This document shows positions 1 to 8,591 of a DNA stretch of 64,000 nucleotides, one piece after another. The notes beneath the pieces are model-generated. The model saw only the letters and a list, made by a program, of their open reading frames with translations. It ran no database searches and was not told the DNA's origin. The stretch covers positions 1,877-65,876 of the forward strand of contig CAZOZI010000004.1 of the NCBI GenBank assembly GCA_964584265.1, given 5' to 3'. Every line of letters begins with the position of its first letter. Within the stretch, counting starts at the first letter, position 1. The DNA is from an uncultured Candidatus Saccharibacteria bacterium (GTDB taxonomy: Bacteria; Patescibacteriota; Saccharimonadia; Saccharimonadales; CAYVSP01). A program made the position numbers and the translations under genes.

Positions 1-1812
1 GCACTAGTAATGTACGGTCGAGCTGGAGCCAAGCATGGTCGTGACCCACAATTGTTAATTTTAAGCAGTGAAGCTAAGCAAACGGCGGTACTTAATCTCA
101 CTAAGCTTGATAAAAAAGCTGTCCAGAAATTTTTGAGTACGCACCTAAACAACAAAGCATCGCTGGTTGGCTATGACATCAAATCGACGCTAGAAATCTT
201 GATTGAGCTTGGTGTGCCGCTGCCCGCGGTGGGGCACGATGTACTCATTGGAGCCTTTTTGCTCAACCCGCTTATACGCGAACAATCATTGACTGAGTTG
301 GCTCAAGCTGATCTTGGCTATGATGGTTCATCATTTGAAGATCTTGACCAGGCACAACTAGTTGATCGTGCAGCCGAGATAACAGGTGTAATTACAGCCT
401 TGTATGAAAAACAAACCGCTGCTCTTGCCAAGTTGCCAAAGCTTATTAAGCTGGCTCGTGACATTGAATGGCCGGTTATCCCAGTAATCGCTCGTATGGA
501 ATACGAAGGTATTCAGCTCGATACAGACTACCTCAAAAAAATGAGTGAGCAACTTGACGACATGGTGCTTGAGATTGAGCAAAAAATTTATGGTCACGCC
601 GATCAGGAATTCAATATTGGCTCACCAATCCAGCTAGCCGACATCCTATTTAACAAACTGAATTTGCCTAAAGAAGGTATAAAAAAAGGAAAAACCGGCT
701 ACTCTACAGCTGCCACTGAGCTTGATAAGCTGCGCGGGGCACATCCAATAATTGATCTCGTAACTCAGTGGCGTGAGGTCACCAAACTTAAGAACACCTA
801 CGTCGACGTTATGCCCAAAATGGTGGATGAAAACTCAAGATTACATACCACCTATGCTCTAACCGTCGCGCAAACCGGACGTCTCAGCTCCAATGATCCA
901 AACTTGCAAAATATCCCGGTTCGCACAGACCTCGGTAAGCAGATTCGCACTGCTTTTGTGGCCGGTAAGGGTAAGATACTGGTTAGCGCTGACTATTCTC
1001 AGTTTGAACTACGTCTTGCGGCTTACTTATCTGGCGATAAACGCCTGATTGATATGTTTAACCGCGACGTTGATGTGCATACCACTACTGCCGCCGAAAT
1101 ATATGGCCGCGAAGAACAGGACGTTACTAAAAATATGCGGCGCGAGGCCAAGGTTGTAAATTTTGGCGTAATGTACGGTCTTAGCACGCACGGCCTGGTG
1201 CAGGCTACTGGTCTTACCTACGAACAAGCCAAAAACTTTATTGATAAATACTTTGAAGTTCGCCCAAAGCTACGTGATTATATTGGTTCAGTTCAAGAGA
1301 TGGCCAAAACTAAAGGTTATACAGAGACAATTTTTGGTCGCCGCCGGCCTACACCTGACATTCATTCCTCTAATTTTGCTGTGCGAGAAGCTGCCATGCG
1401 ACAAGCGGTTAACATGCCATTTCAGGGCAGTGCAGCCGACATTATGAAATTGGCCATGATTGCTGTCCAATCTAAGCTCGATGAATTTAATCAGAAGTAT
1501 TTGGGTTTGGATGCAGCGCAAGGAAGCAAGGAGGAGCGAGTGAGCCGTACAAACGGTACGATGAACGAGCGACTGACGCTAGCTGACACAGCGATGCGCC
1601 AAAAGCGCGCCGGTATATCCGGCTCTGCCGGACAACAGGGCAGTGCGGCCCATATACTTCTGCAAATCCATGACAGTTTAATTGTAGAATGCAACGAAAA
1701 AGACGCTGATAAAACGGCCAAATTACTCAAAGATACCATGGAGCACGTCTATAAACTGCCAGTTAAACTCACCGTTGACACCGCAATCGGCAAAAATTGG
1801 GGTGAATTGTGA
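1..1812 (+). CDS. polA: DNA polymerase I, 3' part (5' end outside window)
   Basis: Frame of ORF 10..1812 stays open back to base 1. Family-A polymerase motifs DYSQFELR, RREAKVVNFGVMYG and QIHDSLIVE. Extra ~46-aa segment just before the QIHD strand (see findings). Confidence 0.93.
   Translation, partial: ALVMYGRAGAKHGRDPQLLILSSEAKQTAVLNLTKLDKKAVQKFLSTHLNNKASLVGYDIKSTLEILIELGVPLPAVGHDVLIGAFLLNPLIREQSLTELAQADLGYDGSSFEDLDQAQLVDRAAEITGVITALYEKQTAALAKLPKLIKLARDIEWPVIPVIARMEYEGIQLDTDYLKKMSEQLDDMVLEIEQKIYGHADQEFNIGSPIQLADILFNKLNLPKEGIKKGKTGYSTAATELDKLRGAHPIIDLVTQWREVTKLKNTYVDVMPKMVDENSRLHTTYALTVAQTGRLSSNDPNLQNIPVRTDLGKQIRTAFVAGKGKILVSADYSQFELRLAAYLSGDKRLIDMFNRDVDVHTTTAAEIYGREEQDVTKNMRREAKVVNFGVMYGLSTHGLVQATGLTYEQAKNFIDKYFEVRPKLRDYIGSVQEMAKTKGYTETIFGRRRPTPDIHSSNFAVREAAMRQAVNMPFQGSAADIMKLAMIAVQSKLDEFNQKYLGLDAAQGSKEERVSRTNGTMNERLTLADTAMRQKRAGISGSAGQQGSAAHILLQIHDSLIVECNEKDADKTAKLLKDTMEHVYKLPVKLTVDTAIGKNWGEL
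1510..1648. repeat. P1 palindromic element copy inside polA, in frame
   Basis: GATGCAGCGCAAGGAAG..GGAGCGAG..CCGTAC..GGTACG..GAGCGACTGACGC aligns block by block with the reverse complement of 26308..26426 and 15459..15565. Confidence 0.7.
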
Positions 1813-1840
1813 ATACTACAGAGCCAAAAGAATATACTAC

Positions 1841-2386
1841 ATGAGTAAATTTATTTTTGTTAGGCATGGACAGAGCCAAGCAAACGCTGCTGGCCTTATT
1901 GCAACAGACGATTCACCGCTAACACCTCAAGGTATAGCTGAAGCTACTAAAACAGCTCATGAACTCAGGGATATGGGCATTAAAGTAGTGGTATGCTCGC
2001 CGATGCCTCGGGCCCAACTAACTGCTGAAATAATTGCCGGTGAGATCGGCGTAGACCTGGCACATATAAAAGTTATTAATGAATTGCGCGAACGAGAAGC
2101 TGGTAAACTTCGTGGCAAAGCTAAAACCCACGAATCTGAGTGGTACCTCAAAATTGATACTGACCACGGCTTCGAATCAAGAGCTGATTTAATAACGCGA
2201 ATGAAGACATGTCTTAATAAACTCAAGGCAATTGCAAAAAAGGAAGGCGTTGTATTGGCTGTAGGACACGCAGCATCTGGCTATTACCTGTTAGAGGTTG
2301 CAAAGGGAAAGACCAAATTTGAGGAATTTGAATTTGATCCAGGTCGGCAAATTAATAATGCTGATTTTATTGAGGTTGAAGTTTAA
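1841..2386 (+). CDS. histidine phosphatase family protein (phosphoglycerate mutase-like)
   Basis: N-terminal FVRHGQSQAN catalytic motif. Start moved to ATG 1841 (MSKFIFVRHG) because ORF-track start 1775 overlaps polA. Confidence 0.8.
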   Translation: MSKFIFVRHGQSQANAAGLIATDDSPLTPQGIAEATKTAHELRDMGIKVVVCSPMPRAQLTAEIIAGEIGVDLAHIKVINELREREAGKLRGKAKTHESEWYLKIDTDHGFESRADLITRMKTCLNKLKAIAKKEGVVLAVGHAASGYYLLEVAKGKTKFEEFEFDPGRQINNADFIEVEV

Positions 2387-2943
2387 TGGCTGAAGAGCGA
2401 TACGATGTGCTCGACGAGCACGGCCATAAAACAGGACAGGTTTTACCGAAATCCGAAGTGCATGAGAAGGAACTTTGGCATGCGTCCGCCTTTGTGTGGA
2501 TTTATAACGATAAAGGTGAGGTGCTTTTGCAACTCCGCGACAAAAACAAGAAATCTTTTCCTGGACTATGGGATGTGTCGGTTGCGGGACACATTTCTGC
2601 AGGGGATAGTCCTGAACTAACGGCAGTTAGAGAGACCGAAGAGGAAATAGGAATAAAGATTTCAGAATCAGAGCTTGAGAAAGTCGAATACACCTATGAT
2701 ATTGCTCCGTACCTGCCCAACAAGAAACACCCCGAATTTTGCTGGGTCTACATTCTTCATAAAAACTTAGAGCTTAAAGACTTGAAAATCGCAGAAGGCG
2801 AGGTAACAGACGTACGCCTTATTAATGTTGATCAGCTTCTACGTGAATTTAGAGATACACAGATGTCAAAAGTCTATGCTGCGCGCAATCCACTAGTCTA
2901 TGAAACAGCGTTAGAAGTAATTAAGAAAAAATTATTGAAGTAA
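2386..2943 (+). CDS. NUDIX hydrolase
   Basis: Nudix box GHISAGDSPELTAVRETEEEIGI. ATG overlaps the upstream TAA (TAATG). Confidence 0.85.
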   Translation: MAEERYDVLDEHGHKTGQVLPKSEVHEKELWHASAFVWIYNDKGEVLLQLRDKNKKSFPGLWDVSVAGHISAGDSPELTAVRETEEEIGIKISESELEKVEYTYDIAPYLPNKKHPEFCWVYILHKNLELKDLKIAEGEVTDVRLINVDQLLREFRDTQMSKVYAARNPLVYETALEVIKKKLLK

Positions 2944-3732
2944 GTCTTCATACCAGCTGACGTCATGGACACGTAAATATAGCTGATGGTTTTTACTTGC
3001 CTGCACAGCAATCATAGCGGCTTCAAGGTTGCGATCTTTGCTGACTTTAAGTTTATTTGCATCTGTTAACAGCTCACCAGTTTTTGTATCAGTTGCCAGA
3101 AAACGTTTCTTGGAGTGCCCAATTACAACTGTTTGATTATTAGGTAGTAACGAAGCAAAACGCAGTAGTTCCCAGTTGAGACGCATGGTCTTGCCAAAAC
3201 CAACACCCGGATCAAGCCAGATATCACTAGACGAAACACCAGCATTTAGAATAATTTGTCTTTGCTGCAAAAGCTCCTGCTTAACTTCTTTAGCACTGTC
3301 CATTCGGAAATTATCATGTGCATCTTTTATTGAACTGGCTTGCAGAGGTAAATGGCTGACTATACAAGTTGCTTTATGGCGAGCTGCGACTTCCACCAGC
3401 GAGGGATTTCGAAATGTAGTCACATCGTTGATAATGAAGGGTCCCAATCGCAAGGCTTTTTCGGCAACTTCTGGATGAAATGTATCTAAGGATAAACGAC
3501 CATGAAATTCTTTATTTAGTATTGGCAAAATGGATTTCAGCCGAGCCCACTCCTCATCAGCAGAAATTGGTTCGACAAATGGGTTGGTGGCCTGTGAGCC
3601 AATGTCTACAATGCCAGCGCCATCAGCAAACAATTTTCTAGCTTGCGTCAAAGCAACAACCGGGTCCAAAAACTTACCACCATCGGAAAAACTATCTGGT
3701 GTAATGTTTAGTATCCCAATAAAACTAACCAT
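2932..3732 (-). CDS. folP: dihydropteroate synthase
   Basis: GILNITPDSFSDGG pterin-binding signature. Start set at MVSFIGILN (3732); ORF-track start 3771 would overlap divergent folK. Confidence 0.88.
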   Translation of the reverse strand: MVSFIGILNITPDSFSDGGKFLDPVVALTQARKLFADGAGIVDIGSQATNPFVEPISADEEWARLKSILPILNKEFHGRLSLDTFHPEVAEKALRLGPFIINDVTTFRNPSLVEVAARHKATCIVSHLPLQASSIKDAHDNFRMDSAKEVKQELLQQRQIILNAGVSSSDIWLDPGVGFGKTMRLNWELLRFASLLPNNQTVVIGHSKKRFLATDTKTGELLTDANKLKVSKDRNLEAAMIAVQASKNHQLYLRVHDVSWYEDLLQ

Positions 3733-3765
3733 TGCTTCATCATAACATCGTGTTAGGATTGTTTC

Positions 3766-4248
3766 ATGCAAGAGGTATATCTGGCGTTGGGCTCAAATGT
3801 GGGGGATAGCCGTCATTTTATTGATGAGGCGATAAAACTGCTCAGCAGTTCGATTACAAATATTGTCCGCGCACCTATCTACAAATCAAAGGCTGTCGGC
3901 TACACAGACCAAGCGGACTTTTTCAATACAATTGTGCAATGTCAAACAAACCTATCGCCGGGAAAACTACTTAAGTTCATAAAAGATGTAGAGAAACAGG
4001 TGGGCAGGGTAGAGCGTTTTCGCTGGGGCCCGCGCGAGATAGATATAGACATAATTTTTTACGGGCAAGAAATGGTGCAAAAAGAAGGATTAACTATTCC
4101 ACACCCTCGTTTTCGCGAACGCGATTTTGTCCTCCTACCTTTGTGCGATCTAAGCCCTAATATTGTCGATCCCGAAACAAAGCTTACTGTTAAAAAGCTA
4201 TTAGAGAAACTACCAAAGGATCAGCAATCAGGTATATCTGAAGTCTAA
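3766..4248 (+). CDS. folK: 2-amino-4-hydroxy-6-hydroxymethyldihydropteridine pyrophosphokinase (HPPK)
   Basis: VYLALGSNVGD N-terminus, RWGPREIDIDII and HPRFRERDFVL motifs typical of HPPK. Adjacent to folP. Confidence 0.88.
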   Translation: MQEVYLALGSNVGDSRHFIDEAIKLLSSSITNIVRAPIYKSKAVGYTDQADFFNTIVQCQTNLSPGKLLKFIKDVEKQVGRVERFRWGPREIDIDIIFYGQEMVQKEGLTIPHPRFRERDFVLLPLCDLSPNIVDPETKLTVKKLLEKLPKDQQSGISEV

Positions 4249-4306
4249 TTTATTGCCAAATATGCTTCTAGATGTTATTATATAGTTGTTAAGAGACTTT
4301 TTTTAA

Positions 4307-4876
4307 ATGAGATACTTTTTAGGGCTGCTGACATTTATCGCTTTCATTATCTTGGTAGTGGTAGTAGTAGTTCATCATGGTTCAAATACTGGTAGTGGCA
4401 CAAGCTCCGGCATTAAAACCGTGCACTTGACTGATTACATTGATAAGAACAGTGAAGTGCAGTTGACTACTGATGGGCATATTAATAGCGAGGAAGAACA
4501 CCGCGCTATTCAAATTAACGTTACTCCAAACTCGCGAGAGGCAATCGTTTTTAGAGGATACAATCAACAAGTCCTAAAACAGGAAAGTTTACCCAATAGC
4601 AAAGCAGCCTACGATGCGTTTTTACGCTCTTTAGCACTACTCAACTTTACTAAGGAAAAAAGAGGCGTTAGACAAACTGATGAACGGGGTGTGTGTCCAA
4701 CCGGCAAGCGTTATATCTATGAACTGCTGGAAGACAATAAAGACGTTACTAGGTTGTGGTCTACCAGTTGTAGCAGCTCACAAGGCACCTTTGCAGGAAC
4801 CCCGTCAACAGTACAAACTTTATTCCAGAACCAAATTCCTGACTACAATAAGTTTGTTATTGATGTTCAGCTATAG
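4307..4876 (+). CDS. hypothetical membrane-anchored protein
   Basis: 189-aa ORF with a hydrophobic N-terminal helix (LGLLTFIAFIILVVVVVV). No recognisable motif. Confidence 0.6.
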   Translation: MRYFLGLLTFIAFIILVVVVVVHHGSNTGSGTSSGIKTVHLTDYIDKNSEVQLTTDGHINSEEEHRAIQINVTPNSREAIVFRGYNQQVLKQESLPNSKAAYDAFLRSLALLNFTKEKRGVRQTDERGVCPTGKRYIYELLEDNKDVTRLWSTSCSSSQGTFAGTPSTVQTLFQNQIPDYNKFVIDVQL

Positions 4877-4908
4877 CTATAGATTGGCTCAGTCTTTAGA
4901 ATGAAGAG

Positions 4909-5493
4909 ATGATTAAAGCCATAATTTTTGATTGTTTTGGCGTGTTAGCTGGCAAAGGTTACAAACGCATTTATCAGAATGCGGGGGGTGATTTAGAAAA
5001 AGATAGGACATTTATTGAAGAAACGCTTCATGCCTCTAACACGGGCCAAATTTCTCATACTGAGGTTAACAAAAGAGTTGCCGAAAGAATAGGCAAATCA
5101 CCCGAAGACTGGCACCAAATAGTTACCCAGGAAGAATTACCAAACGAAGAGCTACTGGACTACATAAAAGAACTTAAACCTCGCTATAAAATTGCAGTTT
5201 TGAGTAACGCGTACTTCGGTACCTTGAAACGAAAGTTTAGTAAAGAGCAGCTGGCACTTTTTGATGTGGCAGTTGTTTCAGCAGAAGTTGGTATGATCAA
5301 GCCGCAACCCGAGATATACAAATACGCAGCCGACCTACTTGACGTGGAGCCACAGGAGTGCGTTTTTATCGATGATATTGAACCATACGCTCGAGGCGCT
5401 CAGGCAGTGGGAATGAGTTACATTTACTATCAGGATTTCCAACAAATGAAACGAGAACTCGAAGCAATTCTAAAGACAAATAGTATACCTTAG
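4909..5493 (+). CDS. HAD-superfamily hydrolase
   Basis: Motif I IIFDCFGVL, motif II VLSNA, C-terminal FIDD acidic motif. Confidence 0.75.
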   Translation: MIKAIIFDCFGVLAGKGYKRIYQNAGGDLEKDRTFIEETLHASNTGQISHTEVNKRVAERIGKSPEDWHQIVTQEELPNEELLDYIKELKPRYKIAVLSNAYFGTLKRKFSKEQLALFDVAVVSAEVGMIKPQPEIYKYAADLLDVEPQECVFIDDIEPYARGAQAVGMSYIYYQDFQQMKRELEAILKTNSIP

Positions 5494-5526
5494 TTGATAT
5501 AAACTAATCACTGACACCTTGCAGTA

Positions 5527-5555
5527 TTGACATACGTGAACCATAAGCGTATTAC
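5527..5555 (+). promoter_or_regulatory. sigma70-type promoter
   Basis: TTGACA-17-TATTAC upstream of ORF 5593. Confidence 0.55.
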
Positions 5556-5592
5556 GAGGATAGGTCGATAAAATAAAAAAAGGAAAATAAGT

Positions 5593-5847
5593 ATGCCACT
5601 AGCTCACGGTAGTGCACCTGAGGCAGATCTTCCTGCCGATAGTATTAAGGACAATCTGTTTCTTTTAGAGCAACAAGCTGCGAGAATCGCTGCGTTTAGC
5701 CTAGACTCATACTTTGATTGTGTGAATCATAAAGGCTTCTGGGCGCCAAAAGTACAAAGAGTGCGTGATGGACCTGCAATAGGCGATCTTTCAATGCTTG
5801 CTGCACTGCGCACCAGTTCTACAAGAACAACAGAATTAGCAGCCTAG
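5593..5847 (+). CDS. hypothetical protein
   Basis: 84-aa ORF with AAAGGAAA Shine-Dalgarno 8 nt upstream and a TTGACA-17-TATTAC promoter at 5527..5555. Confidence 0.55.
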   Translation: MPLAHGSAPEADLPADSIKDNLFLLEQQAARIAAFSLDSYFDCVNHKGFWAPKVQRVRDGPAIGDLSMLAALRTSSTRTTELAA

Positions 5848-6083
5848 CTTATACGAATCACTAGTCGCTTATCTATCTGGCAGGCTTCGGCCATTTGATG
5901 GCTGTGTAGCCGAAGTGTGCCAGCCAGAGCAGCACTAGAAACCGCAATAACTATTTGTTTTGGCCCAACAGTAATAGTTGCGTCAGATTGAAATTTTTCG
6001 CGAATGTAGTTCTTAATTAGTTTAATTTCAGGAGGCTCAACATATTTGCTTTTGCTCAGTAGGTCTCCGATATTAGTCGTCAT
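5844..6083 (-). CDS. small DUF721/DciA-like protein (tentative)
   Basis: Start set at MTTNIGDLL (6083): TGTTACAAT extended -10 (6091..6096) lies 7 nt upstream, so ORF-track start 6113 would be inside the promoter. The pattern IVIAVSSAALAGTLRL resembles DUF721. Confidence 0.5.
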   Translation of the reverse strand: MTTNIGDLLSKSKYVEPPEIKLIKNYIREKFQSDATITVGPKQIVIAVSSAALAGTLRLHSHQMAEACQIDKRLVIRIS

Positions 6084-6158
6084 AGTACCTATTGTAACAA
6101 TCGAAAATACCATATGCGATATTTACTTTGTAATTAAGATATTAGAAACGACTACAAC

Positions 6159-6186
6159 TTGACAGATAAAGAGACAGGTCTATAGT
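6159..6186 (+). promoter_or_regulatory. sigma70-type promoter
   Basis: TTGACA-16-TATAGT upstream of ORF 6223. Confidence 0.55.
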
Positions 6187-6222
6187 CAACAATAGTTACG
6201 CTTAAATAAACAGGTAACAAAA

Positions 6223-6720
6223 ATGGCGAACTCTCACGAAGTCGATGCATTGTTTTTCACTGAACGCAGTGAACTGCTTGTTGCCCGAAACGTCGTTGAA
6301 GCTTATATTTTTCCAGATCGTGACGCTATTCAAGCCTATGAGAACGTTAATCCTGCATATAGAAGGATAATTCAGAATTTAGGTGACGCCGCCTTAGACA
6401 CGAGATGGGAAAAATGGAAAGAAGAAGATCCTCCTGCAGAACCCCTAATACTAGTCATTATTGGTGATGATTCCAAACTTGTTCGCCAGGCTTTGCAACA
6501 GCGTTTAGCAAAGCCAGAGAGCTATGCTCGAGATTGGGAAGATGAGTTTGAAAGAGCCCAAATAGCAATGCTACTAGGTACGCCAAATAGAATAATGGGA
6601 GATTGGTGGAAAGTAATATTTGGTCGGAAAGACCAGGTGGAATTTTCGGCTCCACAGGACAGAATCAATAACACGCAAGGCTTACTTAATTTTACTGATA
6701 TACCAGACTTAGCAGCTTAA
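6223..6720 (+). CDS. hypothetical protein
   Basis: 165-aa acidic ORF. Own promoter TTGACA(6159..6164)-16-TATAGT(6181..6186). Confidence 0.6.
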   Translation: MANSHEVDALFFTERSELLVARNVVEAYIFPDRDAIQAYENVNPAYRRIIQNLGDAALDTRWEKWKEEDPPAEPLILVIIGDDSKLVRQALQQRLAKPESYARDWEDEFERAQIAMLLGTPNRIMGDWWKVIFGRKDQVEFSAPQDRINNTQGLLNFTDIPDLAA

Positions 6721-6745
6721 ATAAACTGCTACAATAAAATGCACT

Positions 6746-7783
6746 ATGCCGGAGTTGCCAGAGGTTGAGACGGTTAGAAGTGGGCTTAACAGGTTATTGC
6801 CTGGAAAGCGTGTTAAGTATGTAACGCATAATTGGGCTAAATCTTTTCCAAATGCTGAAGAAGATGTAAAGTGGTTTCTAATTGGTGCCAGAATTAAAAA
6901 AGTGGCACGTCGCGCTAAGATCTTACTAATTGAACTTGATAGCAAATATAGCCTGGTGATTCATTTAAAAATGACCGGGCAACTCGTTTTTGTAAAAAAC
7001 AATCCTTCCAGCGTATCTTCAGGCGAGCAGAATTTCGGTGCGAAGGCGAGCAACGGACCGAGTCGTAAAAGGGTTACGGTGAAGGGAGTAACGCAGCCTT
7101 TAAGCCGAAAAGCTGCCGCAAGCCAGTCTGAACAAGCGACTTGGTCGGTTGAGCTGACTGGCGATGAAGATCGCTGGGGGGCAGGGCATCCAAACGATAG
7201 CTTAATAGGTAATCTACCAGATAAAAGCACCAGAGTTATACTCGATTTTGGCGACAGCAAGCTATTTTTTAACGATCAACGCAAATTTGGCTGGATGCGG
7301 CTCATGCCAACCGCCGAAGTGCTCAACATAGACTTTATGAAAAGACTCGGACCTGAGCCATTGAATGCAGATTTTACTCAGACCACTTTCCGCGAGCGAC
7401 TTAGTCGGCGAGCGAATACAAATATTAAGGCTGCGCTGCTGGATCAAAGCGTTATTGCCGGAATCGGCAACATTTATGCCGATGAATCACTGTGGGGTGC
7501 CAAAATTCATCCAGCCACACTGGTTAAAAACCTATCTTTTAATAAACTCAATCAACTATATGATTCCATGCGTAAAGTGCTGAAACTGGCGATTAAAAAG
7601 GGCGGCTCAACCGATCGAAATTATGTAGACGCTGAGGGCAAAAAGGGCAGTTATTTAAGCTTCGCTAAGGTATTTCGGCGCAATGGGCAGCCGTGCCCAC
7701 GCTGCGGTACAATAATTGAGAAGATACGAGTTGCAGGGCGAGGCACACACTTTTGTACAAAGTGCCAGAAGTTGACAAAATAG
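6746..7783 (+). CDS. mutM: formamidopyrimidine-DNA glycosylase
   Basis: MPELPEVETVRSGL N-terminus, H2TH region, C-terminal zinc finger CPRCG...FCTKCQ. Long internal extra segment (see findings). Confidence 0.9.
   Translation: MPELPEVETVRSGLNRLLPGKRVKYVTHNWAKSFPNAEEDVKWFLIGARIKKVARRAKILLIELDSKYSLVIHLKMTGQLVFVKNNPSSVSSGEQNFGAKASNGPSRKRVTVKGVTQPLSRKAAASQSEQATWSVELTGDEDRWGAGHPNDSLIGNLPDKSTRVILDFGDSKLFFNDQRKFGWMRLMPTAEVLNIDFMKRLGPEPLNADFTQTTFRERLSRRANTNIKAALLDQSVIAGIGNIYADESLWGAKIHPATLVKNLSFNKLNQLYDSMRKVLKLAIKKGGSTDRNYVDAEGKKGSYLSFAKVFRRNGQPCPRCGTIIEKIRVAGRGTHFCTKCQKLTK
7031..7175. repeat. diverged P1-like element inside mutM, in frame
   Basis: ATTTCGGTGCGAAGG..GGACCGAGTCGTAAAAGGGTTACGGTGAAGGGAG...GCGATGAAG shares the ATTTCG terminus and the GTGC-AAGG, GGA-CGAG, CGTA/TACG and GTGA-G-GAG blocks with the P1 consensus. 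Confidence 0.5.
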
Positions 7784-7800
7784 TCAAAATTTGTTACAAT
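7772..7800 (+). promoter_or_regulatory. consensus sigma70-type promoter
   Basis: TTGACA-17-TACAAT with TGT upstream of the -10. Overlaps the mutM 3' end. Confidence 0.65.
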
Positions 7801-7822
7801 ATATTTGTTACCAAAAACAAAT

Positions 7823-8557
7823 ATGTCTGAAGCTAAACGAAATTTACCAACAGATGCGCTAGTAGCCAGTTCATCTTTAGAATTTGGACCTGGGCAAGCT
7901 GAAGTTGAAATATATAAACATCTTCTTGATTCTTTAGATCAGGATGAACCGCTACGCTTTAATCCTCGGGTGAACGCTGAACTTACTTCTGATTTAATTG
8001 ATAGAAAAAGAGGTGGAATTTTTACTAACTATGACGTTGCAACAGCTGGTTTAGATAGTCGTGCTGCAATGAAATTGGCACAGCAACGTTACATTTGCGG
8101 TGTTTTAGGGCTTACAGTAGGTCCTTTAGAGATAGAACCACGTTATCACACAGCAGGATTTAGTATTGATTTACCAAATGAAGCTAGCCTGCCTCCAAAA
8201 CCGGAAAGAAGTACTGAGGGGGGCTTTAAAGATAGTGAGGGTCATAGAATATCGGACATCCAAGGCGATGCAATCTATGCTGGTTATTTTATTGCACATA
8301 ATAAAGATCATTTTGATAAACCTTCTGCCTTTGAAGATATGTTTAGACGTATTGTTGAGCAGGCTGAACATGGCAGGATTGAAGTGGCTGACTTAGCTGG
8401 CGATATTAAGGGTGTTGTTTCAACTGTTAGACAAATAGCGCGCATTTTAGGTTATCAAGTTGGTGATTTTGTAAAAGATCAGGCAACAGGTAAATTCTTT
8501 TGCGCTGTTAGTAGTACCAGAAAAGGTTTTGATTCCCCGAATACACGTTTTAAATAA
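7823..8557 (+). CDS. hypothetical protein
   Basis: ORF downstream of consensus promoter 7772..7800. Start uncertain: TTG 7805 (ORF track) or ATG 7823. Confidence 0.6.
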   Translation: MSEAKRNLPTDALVASSSLEFGPGQAEVEIYKHLLDSLDQDEPLRFNPRVNAELTSDLIDRKRGGIFTNYDVATAGLDSRAAMKLAQQRYICGVLGLTVGPLEIEPRYHTAGFSIDLPNEASLPPKPERSTEGGFKDSEGHRISDIQGDAIYAGYFIAHNKDHFDKPSAFEDMFRRIVEQAEHGRIEVADLAGDIKGVVSTVRQIARILGYQVGDFVKDQATGKFFCAVSSTRKGFDSPNTRFK

Positions 8558-8591
8558 AAGCGTAAGAGGTTAGGCTTGCTATTATAAAGCT

